Shown: positions 1 to 8,933 of the stretch, piece after piece | How the letters are laid out: each line of letters opens with the position of its first letter | Numbering within the stretch: the first letter of the stretch is position 1 | From: a bacterium | GTDB taxonomy: Bacteria > Hydrothermota > Tepidihabitantia > Tepidihabitantales > Tepidihabitantaceae | Reading direction: 5' to 3' | Length of the DNA stretch: 36,664 nt | Assembly: GCA_046484845.1 (NCBI GenBank) | Contig: JAWOIB010000015.1 | Coordinates: forward strand, 1-36,664 | The notes under the pieces: model-generated | What the model was told of the DNA's origin: nothing | The model's database searches: none | The model's input: only the letters and a program-made list of their open reading frames with translations | Made by a program: the position numbers and the translations under genes

Positions 1-75
1 TCTTAACAGGGCACTGCCGCTGTTCGGATCAGTTTCAGGCCACAGTTCTTCGATCAACCGTTCCTTGTTAACCGG
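1..75 (-). pseudogene. Fragment resembling the winged-helix of a SARP/BTAD-type transcriptional regulator (probable chimeric edge)
   Basis: The reverse complement translates PVNKERLIEELWPETDPNSGSALLR, matching the 'V.re.L.e.LWP' SARP/OmpR-like wHTH pattern. It abuts the divIVA fragment at palindrome CCGGTGCACCGG (72-83). Confidence 0.4.
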
Positions 76-281
76 TGCACCGGGCCGCCCGGGCCGAGGC
101 CGAACAGCAGGCCAGGGAAATCCTCGACAAGGCCCGGACCGAAGCGGAGCGCCTGCGCGCCGAGCTGGAGCGCCTGTGCGCCGAGCGCGACGCGCTGCTG
201 GGGCAGATTCGCGGTATCGCCACCTCGTTCCAGTCTCTGGTCGAGCGATGGGAGAAGTCGACCGGGGCCGGCCCAGCGTGA
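75..281 (+). CDS. DivIVA/GpsB-like coiled-coil protein, 3' fragment only
   Basis: Coiled-coil A..EAE..A..I...AR.EAE pattern directly upstream of PNP with GTGA overlap. An in-frame TAA at 69-71 means the N-terminus is missing. Confidence 0.6.
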   Translation: MHRAARAEAEQQAREILDKARTEAERLRAELERLCAERDALLGQIRGIATSFQSLVERWEKSTGAGPA

Positions 282-1090
282 AATCCCGGGTTCTCGAGAG
301 CGTCGCCGCCATTCGCGCCCGGACCGGGCTGGTTCCGGCCTGCGGCATTATCCTCGGCACCGGCCTCAACCGGCTCGCCGACGAAATCGAGGACGCCTGC
401 GCCCTCCCCTACGCCGAGATTCCCCACTTCCCCGAGCCAACCGTCACCAGTCACAGGGGCCGGCTGCTGCTGGGCAAGCTGAACGGCCTGCCGGTGGTGC
501 TAATGCAGGGTCGGTTCCATTACTACGAAGGCTACAACCTCGAGGTGGTGACCCACCCGGTCCGGGTGATGAAGGAACTGGGCGTCGAAACCCTGCTTGT
601 GTCCAACGCCTCCGGCGGGGTCAACCCGCAGTTCCGCGCCGGTGACATTTGCATCATCACCGACCACATCAACCTGACCGGACATAATCCCCTGCGCGGT
701 CCCAACGACGACACGCTCGGGCCCCGTTTCCCGGACATGCACGCCGTGTACACCCCTGAACTGGTTGAGCTCGCGGCCCGCACCGCGCTCGAACTGGGCC
801 TGCCGGTCCAGCGGGGAGTTTACGCCTGGGTGACCGGCCCGAACCTCGAAACCGGGGCGGAGTACCGCTGGATCCGCATTATCGGGGCGGACCTGGTCGG
901 GATGTCGACCGTGCCGGAGGTGGTCGTTGCCCGCCACGCCGGGTTGAAGGTATTGGGTTTGTCGGTCGTAACCGACATGGGCCTGCCCGACGCGATGCGG
1001 CCGGTTGACCTGCCCGAAGTCCTGCGGGTGGCCGCCGAGGCTGAGCCCAGGCTGACCCGGCTGGTCGTCGAACTGGCGGGGCGGATGTGA
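278..1090 (+). CDS. punA: Purine nucleoside phosphorylase I (trimeric type)
   Basis: Motifs GIILGTGL, YAEIPHFP, QGRFHYYEG, NASGG, DHIN, GPRFPDM, GPNLET, GADLVGMSTVPE. The GTG start at 278 overlaps the upstream TGA. Confidence 0.93.
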   Translation: MKSRVLESVAAIRARTGLVPACGIILGTGLNRLADEIEDACALPYAEIPHFPEPTVTSHRGRLLLGKLNGLPVVLMQGRFHYYEGYNLEVVTHPVRVMKELGVETLLVSNASGGVNPQFRAGDICIITDHINLTGHNPLRGPNDDTLGPRFPDMHAVYTPELVELAARTALELGLPVQRGVYAWVTGPNLETGAEYRWIRIIGADLVGMSTVPEVVVARHAGLKVLGLSVVTDMGLPDAMRPVDLPEVLRVAAEAEPRLTRLVVELAGRM

Positions 1091-1890
1091 GCCGCCACCG
1101 AAGTCTGCGGTGCCGCCCCACCCCGGGCACCGGGGTGCGGACGATCATTCCCGGTGTGGCAATTGCGCTGATCGCGCTCGCGGTGCTGGCCGTGGCCGGC
1201 TGCCCGAAGCGGGCTGCGTTCAAGGGCCCGGATACCGCTCCGGTCGCGCTCGATGCCGCGCTGGCCGCGCTCGAGGCAAAACGCCACGGCCGGGCCGAGG
1301 AGGCGCTCAACTGGGTCATCTTCAATTTCCCGGGAAGCCGCGAGGCGGCCGACGCCCAGTACTGGCTGGCCGAGAGCTACTTCCGCCGGGGTGATTTCCA
1401 CCAGGCGCAGACCGAGTTCGAGTTCTACATCCGGAGCTTCTCCTACGGCCGGTACCAGGAGGAGGCAAGCTACAAGCTCGGCCTGGCCTGGCTCCGCTCC
1501 GCGCCGGCAGGCACCCGCGACCGCGCCCCGCTGCTCAAGGCGGAGGAAATCCTGACCGACTTCCTGCTCAGTTACCCGGAGTCCACGCTCCGTCCCCAGG
1601 TCGAGGAGGCCCTCGGCGAAATCGAGCTGCGCAAGACCGGGCGTGACCTCTCGACCGCCCGGCTCTACCACCGTGCGGGCGAGTACCGGTCCGCGCTGGT
1701 GTATTACCGCTACATTGCCGAGTCACTGCCGCTGGAACGATGGGAACCGGAGGACCGGTTGCGCTTCGCGGTCTGCCACGCCGAGATCGGTAATGCCGAT
1801 ACCGCCCGGACAGTCCTCGAGTCGCTCCTGACCGGCGACAGCCCGGACGACCTGCGCCGACAGGCCCGGCGGCTGCTGGACCGGCTCTGA
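1087..1890 (+). CDS. bamD: Outer membrane protein assembly lipoprotein BamD (TPR)
   Basis: Lipobox VAGC, TPR repeats (FPGSREAADAQYWLAESYF; YPES), and ARLY...YRSALVYY C-terminal motif. The start could instead be GTG 1135. Confidence 0.8.
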   Translation: MSRHRSLRCRPTPGTGVRTIIPGVAIALIALAVLAVAGCPKRAAFKGPDTAPVALDAALAALEAKRHGRAEEALNWVIFNFPGSREAADAQYWLAESYFRRGDFHQAQTEFEFYIRSFSYGRYQEEASYKLGLAWLRSAPAGTRDRAPLLKAEEILTDFLLSYPESTLRPQVEEALGEIELRKTGRDLSTARLYHRAGEYRSALVYYRYIAESLPLERWEPEDRLRFAVCHAEIGNADTARTVLESLLTGDSPDDLRRQARRLLDRL

Positions 1891-1911
1891 GGGACCGGAC
1901 ACTCGGACTCG

Positions 1912-2550
1912 ATGAGCAGGACTGCGCGTACCGGGGTTTTCGGCGGAAGCTTCAACCCGCTCCACTTGGGTCACCTGCTGGTGGCGGAGGATGTGCGCCG
2001 GCGCTGCCGGCTGGACCGGGTGCTCTTCTTGGCCGGCCCGCGCCCCCCGCACAAGCCGGCCCGCGCGCTCGCGCCCTGGCCCCGACGCCAGGCGATGCTC
2101 AGGCTCGGACTGACCGACTGGCCGCAACTCGAACTCACGACCATTGAAGAACGGCTGGCCGGCCCGGCCTACACCGTTGACGCGCTGGCGGCACTCCGCC
2201 GCGACCGCCCCGGCGAATCGCTCTACCTGCTGCTCGGCGCGGACCAGTACCGGACGATGGCCGGCTGGCACGAGCCGACCCGGCTCACCGAGCTGACCCG
2301 GCTGGTGGTAATGTCAAGGCCCGGCTCCCCGAGGCCCCGGCTGTTTCCCGGGCACCCCGCCCGCCGGGTCCGGTTCATCCCGGTCATCGAGGTGGACCTG
2401 GCCGGCTCGGACATTCGCGCCCGGCTTGCCAGGGGCCAGTCTATCCGGTATATGTTACCAACGTCCGTCCAGCGTTACCTCAGGCGTCACGGCCTGTACG
2501 GCAGTACCGTAGAACCCGCGGGCAGGCGACCGCGCCCCGGGAGGAATTGA
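1912..2550 (+). CDS. nadD: Nicotinate-nucleotide adenylyltransferase
   Basis: GVFGGSFNPLHLGHL (HxGH), PPHK, YTVDAL, LLGAD. Confidence 0.93.
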   Translation: MSRTARTGVFGGSFNPLHLGHLLVAEDVRRRCRLDRVLFLAGPRPPHKPARALAPWPRRQAMLRLGLTDWPQLELTTIEERLAGPAYTVDALAALRRDRPGESLYLLLGADQYRTMAGWHEPTRLTELTRLVVMSRPGSPRPRLFPGHPARRVRFIPVIEVDLAGSDIRARLARGQSIRYMLPTSVQRYLRRHGLYGSTVEPAGRRPRPGRN

Positions 2551-2604
2551 ACGCAAAGCACGACCGGGTCCGGCCCGGGTACCGCTACAACCACAGGAGG
2601 ACCG

Positions 2605-2922
2605 ATGACAGGTGTCGCAATCGCACAGGAAGCCACGGCTGCCCCGGCCGGCGGCGGTATGAATTCGATTCTCGGGTTCCTGCCCATCATCCTGATTTTC
2701 GTGGTGCTCTACTTCCTGATGATCCTGCCCCAGCAGCGGCGTCAGAAGAAGCACCAGCAGATGCTCGAAGCGCTGAAGCGCGGTGACCGGGTCGTGCTTT
2801 CCTCCGGCATCCACGGGATCATCACGAATGTCCGTGACAGCACCTTCACGGTCAAGGTCGCGGAAGGCACCGAGCTCGAAGTCGACCGGGGCTCGGTCGG
2901 CGCCAAGGTCGGCGGCCAGTAG
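2605..2922 (+). CDS. yajC: Preprotein translocase subunit YajC
   Basis: Single TM helix, YFLMILPQQRRQKK, LKRGDRVVLSSGIHG; SD AGGAGG upstream. Confidence 0.93.
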   Translation: MTGVAIAQEATAAPAGGGMNSILGFLPIILIFVVLYFLMILPQQRRQKKHQQMLEALKRGDRVVLSSGIHGIITNVRDSTFTVKVAEGTELEVDRGSVGAKVGGQ

Positions 2923-2930
2923 GGACACAG

Positions 2931-3485
2931 ATGACCGGCAGCAGCGAGCCGGCACCGCCGGGCCGCAACCGGCGCGTGGTGCTCTACGGCAACCCGGTGT
3001 TGCGCCAGCCCGCGGCCCCGGTCCGTGAGCTCGATGCCCGCATCCGGCAGTTTCTCGCCGACCTCAAGACGACCATGCTCGAGCAGGACGGACTCGGCCT
3101 GGCCGGCAACCAGCTCGGCGAGCCGGTGGCTGCGTTCGCCTTCGACCCGCGCACGACCGGCCTCGACGAACCCCCGACGTGCATGATTAATCCCCGGGTT
3201 GTCGCAACGGAGGGCGAGCTCGAACGGGAAGAAGGCTGCCTGTCGCTGCCCGGCATCTACGAGGTCATCCCCCGGCCCGAGCTGGTCCGCATCGCCGGCA
3301 TTGACGAAACGGGCCGGCCCGTGGAACGCGAGGCGACCGGCCTGCTCGCCCGGGCGTTTATGCACGAGACGGACCACCTGGCCGGCCGGCTGTTCATCGA
3401 CTACCTGAGCGAGCTCCGGCGCAGCCTGCTTGCGCGCCGGCTGGTAGAGTTCGAGGAACGGGAAGTGAAGGCAACAACCGAATGA
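2931..3485 (+). CDS. def: Peptide deformylase
   Basis: GLGLAGNQ, EGCLS and HETDH motifs; adjacent to fmt. Confidence 0.95.
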   Translation: MTGSSEPAPPGRNRRVVLYGNPVLRQPAAPVRELDARIRQFLADLKTTMLEQDGLGLAGNQLGEPVAAFAFDPRTTGLDEPPTCMINPRVVATEGELEREEGCLSLPGIYEVIPRPELVRIAGIDETGRPVEREATGLLARAFMHETDHLAGRLFIDYLSELRRSLLARRLVEFEEREVKATTE

Positions 3486-4408
3486 AGTTGGTATTCCTCG
3501 GCGCGTCCGGGTTCGCGGTACCGTCGCTGAAGGCACTGGCCAGCTCCAGCCACGAGCTGGTCGCTGTCGTGGTACCCCCGGCCGCCCCGGCCGGCCGCGG
3601 CCGTCGGCCCCGGCGCACCCCGGTCGAGGACGCGGCCCGGGCGGCCGGGCTCACCGTGCTCGACCCAACCGCCCCCAACGACCCGGCCTTCGTCGCCGCG
3701 CTCGCCGAGCTCAGACCCGACCTCGGCGTGCTGGTCGCGTTCGGCTGCATCCTGCGCCCGGACCTGCTCGCGGCCCCTGCCCGGGGGTTCCTGAACCTCC
3801 ATCCCTCGCTTCTGCCCCGCTGGCGTGGGGCCGCACCCATCCCCCGCGCGCTGATGGCCGGCGACACCCGTACCGGAGTTACCGTCATCCGGCTGAACGA
3901 ACGGGTCGACGCTGGCGACATCCTCGCGCAGGAGCCGGTGCCGATCGGCCCGGACGAGACCGCCGGTGAACTCAGTGACCGACTGGCCGCGGCAGGTGCC
4001 AACCTGCTGCTCACGACGTTTGACCGGCTGGCCCGGCAGGAACTCCCGGGTGCGACGCAGGATCCGGCGCTGGTCACCCCGGCCCCGAAGCTGCGCCCGC
4101 CGGACCGGGTGCTTGACTGGACCCGGCCCGCCACGGAGCTCCACAACCGGGTGCGCGCTCTCTCCCCGGAACCGGGCGCGGTAGCCGGGTTCCGTGACCG
4201 CCGCCTGCTGGTGCTCCGGTCGCATCCTTCCCCTGCCGACGGTTCCGCGCCGCCCGGCAGCATCCTAGCTGACCGACCCGGTTTCGTCGCTGCAACCGGA
4301 AACGGCACGCTGGAGATACTCGAACTTCGACCCGAAGGCGGCCGCCGCCAGTCCGGCCGCGACTTCCGCAATGGCGCCCGGCTCAGCCCGGGAGAAAGGT
4401 TGACCTGA
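3482..4408 (+). CDS. fmt: Methionyl-tRNA formyltransferase
   Basis: NLHPSLLPRWRGAAPI, TGVT, DAGDIL; ATGA overlap with def. Confidence 0.95.
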   Translation: MKLVFLGASGFAVPSLKALASSSHELVAVVVPPAAPAGRGRRPRRTPVEDAARAAGLTVLDPTAPNDPAFVAALAELRPDLGVLVAFGCILRPDLLAAPARGFLNLHPSLLPRWRGAAPIPRALMAGDTRTGVTVIRLNERVDAGDILAQEPVPIGPDETAGELSDRLAAAGANLLLTTFDRLARQELPGATQDPALVTPAPKLRPPDRVLDWTRPATELHNRVRALSPEPGAVAGFRDRRLLVLRSHPSPADGSAPPGSILADRPGFVAATGNGTLEILELRPEGGRRQSGRDFRNGARLSPGERLT

Positions 4409-4409
4409 A

Positions 4410-5189
4410 ATGCCCCGGCAACGCAAACCGCGCGGCAAGACCCGGCGCCGGACCGGGCTGCTCTTCGGACTGCTCGTCGGCATCCCGGCTGTTATGCTGC
4501 TGCTGCTCGCCGGCCTGAACTGGGTGGTGATGCCGCTGTTCACCCGGATGGGCCGCGAACTCGAAGTCCCGGACCTGACCGGCCTCGCCCGCGAGGAAGC
4601 CGAGAAGGTCGTCGAACGCAGCGGCCTGCGGCTCGGCGAGGTCCGCGTGATCGGGGACACGCTCCAGCCGCCTGGCCACGTCGTCACCCAGTCACCACCG
4701 GGCGGACGCCGGGTGAAGCCAGGCCGCATTGTTCACCTCGATGTCAGCCGCGGTTCGGACCGGGTGCTGGTTCCGGAACTGGTCGGCACTCGGCTCGAGC
4801 AGGCTCTCGCCGAGTTGGAGGCCTGCGGCCTGCGGCCCGCCGAGGTCGAATCGCTCCGCACCCCTGATGTCGCCCCCGGGCTGGTGATGGCGGTCCGCCC
4901 CGCTCCCGGCACCGAACTCGACCGTAACGCCACGGTCATCCTCGCGGTGTCGGCCGCGGCCGGCAAGTTCCCGATGCCCAACCTGGTCGGCACGAATATC
5001 GAAACCGCGACCGGCATCATCGCCAACCAGCGCCTTGTTCTCGGCACCGTTCGGGAGGCGGCCCTCGACGAGCCGGTCGGGATGGTGATGCTCCAGTACC
5101 CTGAAGAAGGCACGTCGGTCATGGACGGCGACACCGTCACCCTGATCATCGCGGTGCCCGAGACTGACACCCCCGGTAACAACCGATGA
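4410..5189 (+). CDS. Membrane-anchored protein with three PASTA domains
   Basis: N-terminal TM helix followed by repeats VPDLTG, VPELVG, MPNLVG; no kinase domain. Confidence 0.85.
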   Translation: MPRQRKPRGKTRRRTGLLFGLLVGIPAVMLLLLAGLNWVVMPLFTRMGRELEVPDLTGLAREEAEKVVERSGLRLGEVRVIGDTLQPPGHVVTQSPPGGRRVKPGRIVHLDVSRGSDRVLVPELVGTRLEQALAELEACGLRPAEVESLRTPDVAPGLVMAVRPAPGTELDRNATVILAVSAAAGKFPMPNLVGTNIETATGIIANQRLVLGTVREAALDEPVGMVMLQYPEEGTSVMDGDTVTLIIAVPETDTPGNNR

Positions 5190-5833
5190 GACTCTCGGTC
5201 TCGATCCTGGACTGCGATTTCCTGCATCTCGGCACCGAGCTCGAGGCGGTGGAAACCGCCGGTGCTGACTGCATCCACCTCGACGTGATGGACGGCCGGT
5301 TCGTCCGCGGCATCAGCTTCGGCAGGCCGCTGGGCGCGGCCGTGCGACGGGGAACCAGGCTGCCGGTTCACTCACACCTGATGGTCGTCGAACCGGAACG
5401 TCAGCTGGACGAATACCTGCCCTTCTCAGAGCTGGTCGAGTTCCATGTCGAAGCCTCACCAGACCCGGGCCGCTGCATCGAGCACATCCGACGCGCCGGG
5501 GTGAAACCCGGCATCTCGCTGAACCCGGATACTCCTGTCCAGAAGCTCGAGCCCTGGCTGGATCAGCTCGACGACGTGCTGGTGATGAGTGTCTTCCCGG
5601 GCCGCGGAGGTCAGCAGTTCATGCCCGACGCGCTGAGCCGGGTAGCAGAGATCAAACACCTGCTGGCAGTCGCCGGTAGTCGGGCCACCGTTTCCGTCGA
5701 CGGCGGCGTCAACCCCGGCAACTGCCGCCTGCTCGCGGCCGCCGGCGCTGACCTGCTGATTGCCGGCAGCGCGATATTCAGTAGCGACGACTACGCCCGG
5801 GTCATCGCCGAGCTGAAATGCGGAAGCGCCTGA
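5186..5833 (+). CDS. rpe: Ribulose-phosphate 3-epimerase
   Basis: IHLDVMDGRFV, HLMV, FHVE, LVMSVFPG, VDGG, AGSAIF. Confidence 0.95.
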   Translation: MRLSVSILDCDFLHLGTELEAVETAGADCIHLDVMDGRFVRGISFGRPLGAAVRRGTRLPVHSHLMVVEPERQLDEYLPFSELVEFHVEASPDPGRCIEHIRRAGVKPGISLNPDTPVQKLEPWLDQLDDVLVMSVFPGRGGQQFMPDALSRVAEIKHLLAVAGSRATVSVDGGVNPGNCRLLAAAGADLLIAGSAIFSSDDYARVIAELKCGSA

Positions 5834-5864
5834 CGACCGCTCATCGGCGCACGCGCCGAAGCTG

Positions 5865-7202
5865 ATGTTTGAAGGCCTGACCGACAAGTTCGTCAAGCTG
5901 CAGCGACGCCTGCTGGGCCACGGCAGTCTTTCCGACAAGGAGATCGCCGACGCCCTGCGCGAGATCCGCACCCTCCTGCTCGATGCCGACGTCAACTACA
6001 GAGTTGTCGGCCATTTCGTCCGCGGTCTCAAGGCCCGCCTCGAAGAGGAAGCGGTGGTCAAGTCGCTCCGACCCGGCGAGGTGGTAACCGTCGCGCTCTA
6101 CGAAGAGCTCACCGCCCTGCTCGGCGGCAAGCCCGCGAAGTTGGACCTGCCCGCCAGTCCCTCCATCATCAGCCTGGTCGGGCTTCAGGGCGTAGGCAAA
6201 ACCACCTTCGCCGGCAAGCTCGCCCGGCGGCTCACCAACCGCCGGCCGCTGCTCGTCGCCTGCGACCCGAAACGCCCGGCGGCCGAGCAACAGCTCAGGA
6301 ACGTCGCCGAGCGCGCCGGCGCCGCCTTCCATCCATCCAGCCCGGACGTGGTCGGCAACTGCCTCCTCGCGCTCAGGCGCGCCCGGGACGCGAGCCACGG
6401 CATCGTCCTGTTTGACACCGCCGGCCGGCTTCACCTTGACGAGGAACTGATGGCCGAGCTCGGCGCCATCCAGCAACGGGCCGAGCCGCACGCCACCCTG
6501 CTCGTGCTCGACGGACTCGTCGGTCAGGACGCGCTCAACCAGGCCGAACAGTTCAGCGCCCGGCTCAGGCTCACCGGGGTATGCATCACCAAACTCGACG
6601 GCGACTCACGCGGAGGCGCGGTCGTCTCGGTCCGGCACGCCACCGGCCTGCCGATATACTACATCGGAACCGGCGAGCGAATCGACGACATCGAGGAATT
6701 CCGACCGGACCGCATCGCCGCCCGCATTCTCGGCAAGGGCGACCTCCAGAGTCTGATCGAGAAGGTCGAAGCCGCCACCTCGCCCGAACAGCAGCAGGAA
6801 ATCGCCGGCAAGTTCCTCAAGGGCCGGTTCGACTTCGAGGACTTTCTCGGACAGCTCCGTAACATCAAGAAGATGGGGAGTCTGTCGAAGCTGATGGCAA
6901 TGCTCCCTGGCGCGGCCGACATGGAGGTGGATGACCGGGAACTAGTCCGGGTGGAGGCCATGATCCAGAGCATGACCCCGCGTGAGAGGTCCGAACCGGA
7001 TATCATCGACGGGTCTCGCCGCCGCCGGATCGCGGACGGTTCGGGCACTTCGGTCCAGGACGTCAACCGACTGCTAAAGGAATTCCAGCAGACCCGGCAA
7101 CTGGCCCAACAGATGTCCGGCGCCGGCCCCGGCCGGCTGCCGAAAGGGCTGGTGCCGGGCGTCGGCCCGGGCTTCCGCCCCGGCCGACGACGGCGGCGCT
7201 GA
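5865..7202 (+). CDS. ffh: Signal recognition particle protein Ffh
   Basis: LLDADV, GLQGVGKTT, DTAGR, TKLDGDSRGG, M-domain SMTPRER and SRRRRIADGSG. Confidence 0.96.
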   Translation: MFEGLTDKFVKLQRRLLGHGSLSDKEIADALREIRTLLLDADVNYRVVGHFVRGLKARLEEEAVVKSLRPGEVVTVALYEELTALLGGKPAKLDLPASPSIISLVGLQGVGKTTFAGKLARRLTNRRPLLVACDPKRPAAEQQLRNVAERAGAAFHPSSPDVVGNCLLALRRARDASHGIVLFDTAGRLHLDEELMAELGAIQQRAEPHATLLVLDGLVGQDALNQAEQFSARLRLTGVCITKLDGDSRGGAVVSVRHATGLPIYYIGTGERIDDIEEFRPDRIAARILGKGDLQSLIEKVEAATSPEQQQEIAGKFLKGRFDFEDFLGQLRNIKKMGSLSKLMAMLPGAADMEVDDRELVRVEAMIQSMTPRERSEPDIIDGSRRRRIADGSGTSVQDVNRLLKEFQQTRQLAQQMSGAGPGRLPKGLVPGVGPGFRPGRRRRR

Positions 7203-7215
7203 CGCCTCAACCTTC

Positions 7216-7244
7216 TTGACCCGCGCGCCCGGTGCGGCTAGACT
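7216..7244 (+). promoter_or_regulatory. Sigma70-like promoter TTGACC-N17-TAGACT, 7 nt before the GTG start (leaderless)
   Basis: Near-consensus hexamers; no SD before GTG 7252. Confidence 0.6.
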
Positions 7245-7251
7245 GGCCTCG

Positions 7252-8931
7252 GTGAAACTCCTCTGCCTATTGCTGGGTCTCATCCCGCTCGCAGCCTTCG
7301 CGGCCATCCCTTTGCCCGCGACCCCGGACTGGCGGTCCGATGACAGCGACTACTCCACCGGGGGTACCTGGTGCGACGTCAACGGCAACGGCTGGCTCGA
7401 CCTCGTCGTGTCGAACGGCAACGACATGGCCCACAACCACAACGCGGTCTACCTGAACCTCGGCGGCAGCCTCGAAACCAATGCCTCCTGGCGCTCGGAC
7501 GATCGGGGCATGTTCGGCCACTGTTACTCCGGCGATGTCACCGGCAACGGCTGGTCCGACCTGGCGGTCGTATCGCTCGGCCCGGAATCGACCCACACAA
7601 AACTGGTCGCCCGGCTGTATCGGAACACCGGGTTGGCGTTCGAACCGCTGCCTGGCTGGAAGGCAACGGACCGTCATTCGTCATTCGACTGCACGCTCGG
7701 CGACTTCGACCTCGACGGCCGCCTCGACCTCGCGGTCTCGGCTGGTGACGCCTACCGGCACGAACGCGACCCGGCCCGGCTGTACCGTAACCTCGGTGCC
7801 GCCTTTGACACGCTCCCGGCCTGGTCGGCAGCGTTCGACACCGCCTCTGACGCCATCCGATTCTGCGACATCGACAACGACGGAGACCTCGACCTTTTCG
7901 TGGGCCACCGCCGGCAGGTTTCGATGTTCCGCAACAACCGAGGCATACTCGCCGAGTCTCCTGACTGGAAGGTGCGCCGCGGCATCGGCTGGGTGCTCCG
8001 GCTGGCGTTCGGAGACTTCGACCAAGACGGCTGGCCGGACCTGGCGGTCGCATCGAATAGCCAACTCGGGGACTCAAACAGCATCAGGGTCTATCGCAAC
8101 AACAATGGTCTGCTCGACACGGTTCCCACCTTCGTGATGCTCCGCAGCAACCGCTACTCGTCCAGCGTAGCCTGGGGCGACGCTGACGGCGACGGCTACC
8201 CGGAACTCGCGGCCGGCGGTTGGTGGGAGCCTGTTGTCGTCTTCGGCAACAACTCCGGCGCGCTGAGCCTCACCCCGGACTGGAGCTGGTGGCCGGCGAA
8301 CATCCAACATCTTGTCTGTGAGGCGGTAGTTTGGGCTGACGCCGGAAATCGGCACCTTGAGAACCAGGGCGACGAGTTCGTCGGCAACGGTACGCGAAAG
8401 CTTTGGAGCCTTGCCCGGACCCCGGTGCAGTTTCTGGACAGCGTACTCGTGGATGGTGAGCGGCTGCCGGTCGGCAGCTACTGCTTCGACCCGCTCGCCG
8501 CCTGGTTCAGCCTCTCCGAAGCCCCTGCACCTGGCGCAAACGTCGCCTGCCACTACCGCTACTCGCCCAGGCTCGACCTCGCGGTGACGAACTGGGCGAC
8601 GAACTCCGGCACCCGCAACCTGTTGTTCCTCAACACCAGCCCGACGGGCAGTCAGGAAGAGGTTCGCGCCCCGAAACTCGCCCGGCTTGAAGCTCGGCCC
8701 AATCCCACAGCCGGTCCGGTAACCTTCCACTCCCCGGACCGCGGTGCCGCTTCCGGGCTTCTCCATATCTACTCGAGTAACGGCCGGCTGGTCCGCTACC
8801 TCGCGCCGGGAACCGACGGCTGGTACTGGGACGGCCGGGACGCTCATGGCACGACCATCTCCCCGGGCAGCTACTTCGCCCGCCCGGCAACCGAGAGCGA
8901 ACCCGCCATGAAGCTGGTTGTCGCCCGCTGA
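7252..8931 (+). CDS. Secreted FG-GAP/VCBS beta-propeller protein with C-terminal FlgD-Ig/T9SS-like domain
   Basis: Signal peptide MKLLCLLLGLIPLAAFA; repeated D.[DN].DG..DL.V motifs; C-terminus PNP...IYSSNGRLVR...WDGRD..G...PGSYF...KLVV. Confidence 0.8.
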   Translation: MKLLCLLLGLIPLAAFAAIPLPATPDWRSDDSDYSTGGTWCDVNGNGWLDLVVSNGNDMAHNHNAVYLNLGGSLETNASWRSDDRGMFGHCYSGDVTGNGWSDLAVVSLGPESTHTKLVARLYRNTGLAFEPLPGWKATDRHSSFDCTLGDFDLDGRLDLAVSAGDAYRHERDPARLYRNLGAAFDTLPAWSAAFDTASDAIRFCDIDNDGDLDLFVGHRRQVSMFRNNRGILAESPDWKVRRGIGWVLRLAFGDFDQDGWPDLAVASNSQLGDSNSIRVYRNNNGLLDTVPTFVMLRSNRYSSSVAWGDADGDGYPELAAGGWWEPVVVFGNNSGALSLTPDWSWWPANIQHLVCEAVVWADAGNRHLENQGDEFVGNGTRKLWSLARTPVQFLDSVLVDGERLPVGSYCFDPLAAWFSLSEAPAPGANVACHYRYSPRLDLAVTNWATNSGTRNLLFLNTSPTGSQEEVRAPKLARLEARPNPTAGPVTFHSPDRGAASGLLHIYSSNGRLVRYLAPGTDGWYWDGRDAHGTTISPGSYFARPATESEPAMKLVVAR

Positions 8932-8933
8932 CC

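Noticed and set aside
65-277. Long N-terminal extension of PNP in the ORF track (341 aa)
   Set aside because: It overlaps the divIVA-like frame; homology starts at GTG 278, which has a GTGA overlap.
4410-5189. Ser/Thr kinase PknB
   Set aside because: Only a TM helix and PASTA repeats are present, with no kinase domain; a PASTA-only gene near fmt/rpe is ordinary.
7203-7250. SRP RNA (ffs) next to ffh
   Set aside because: No CAGG...GGAA...AGCAG domain IV motif; the spacer is explained by a promoter.
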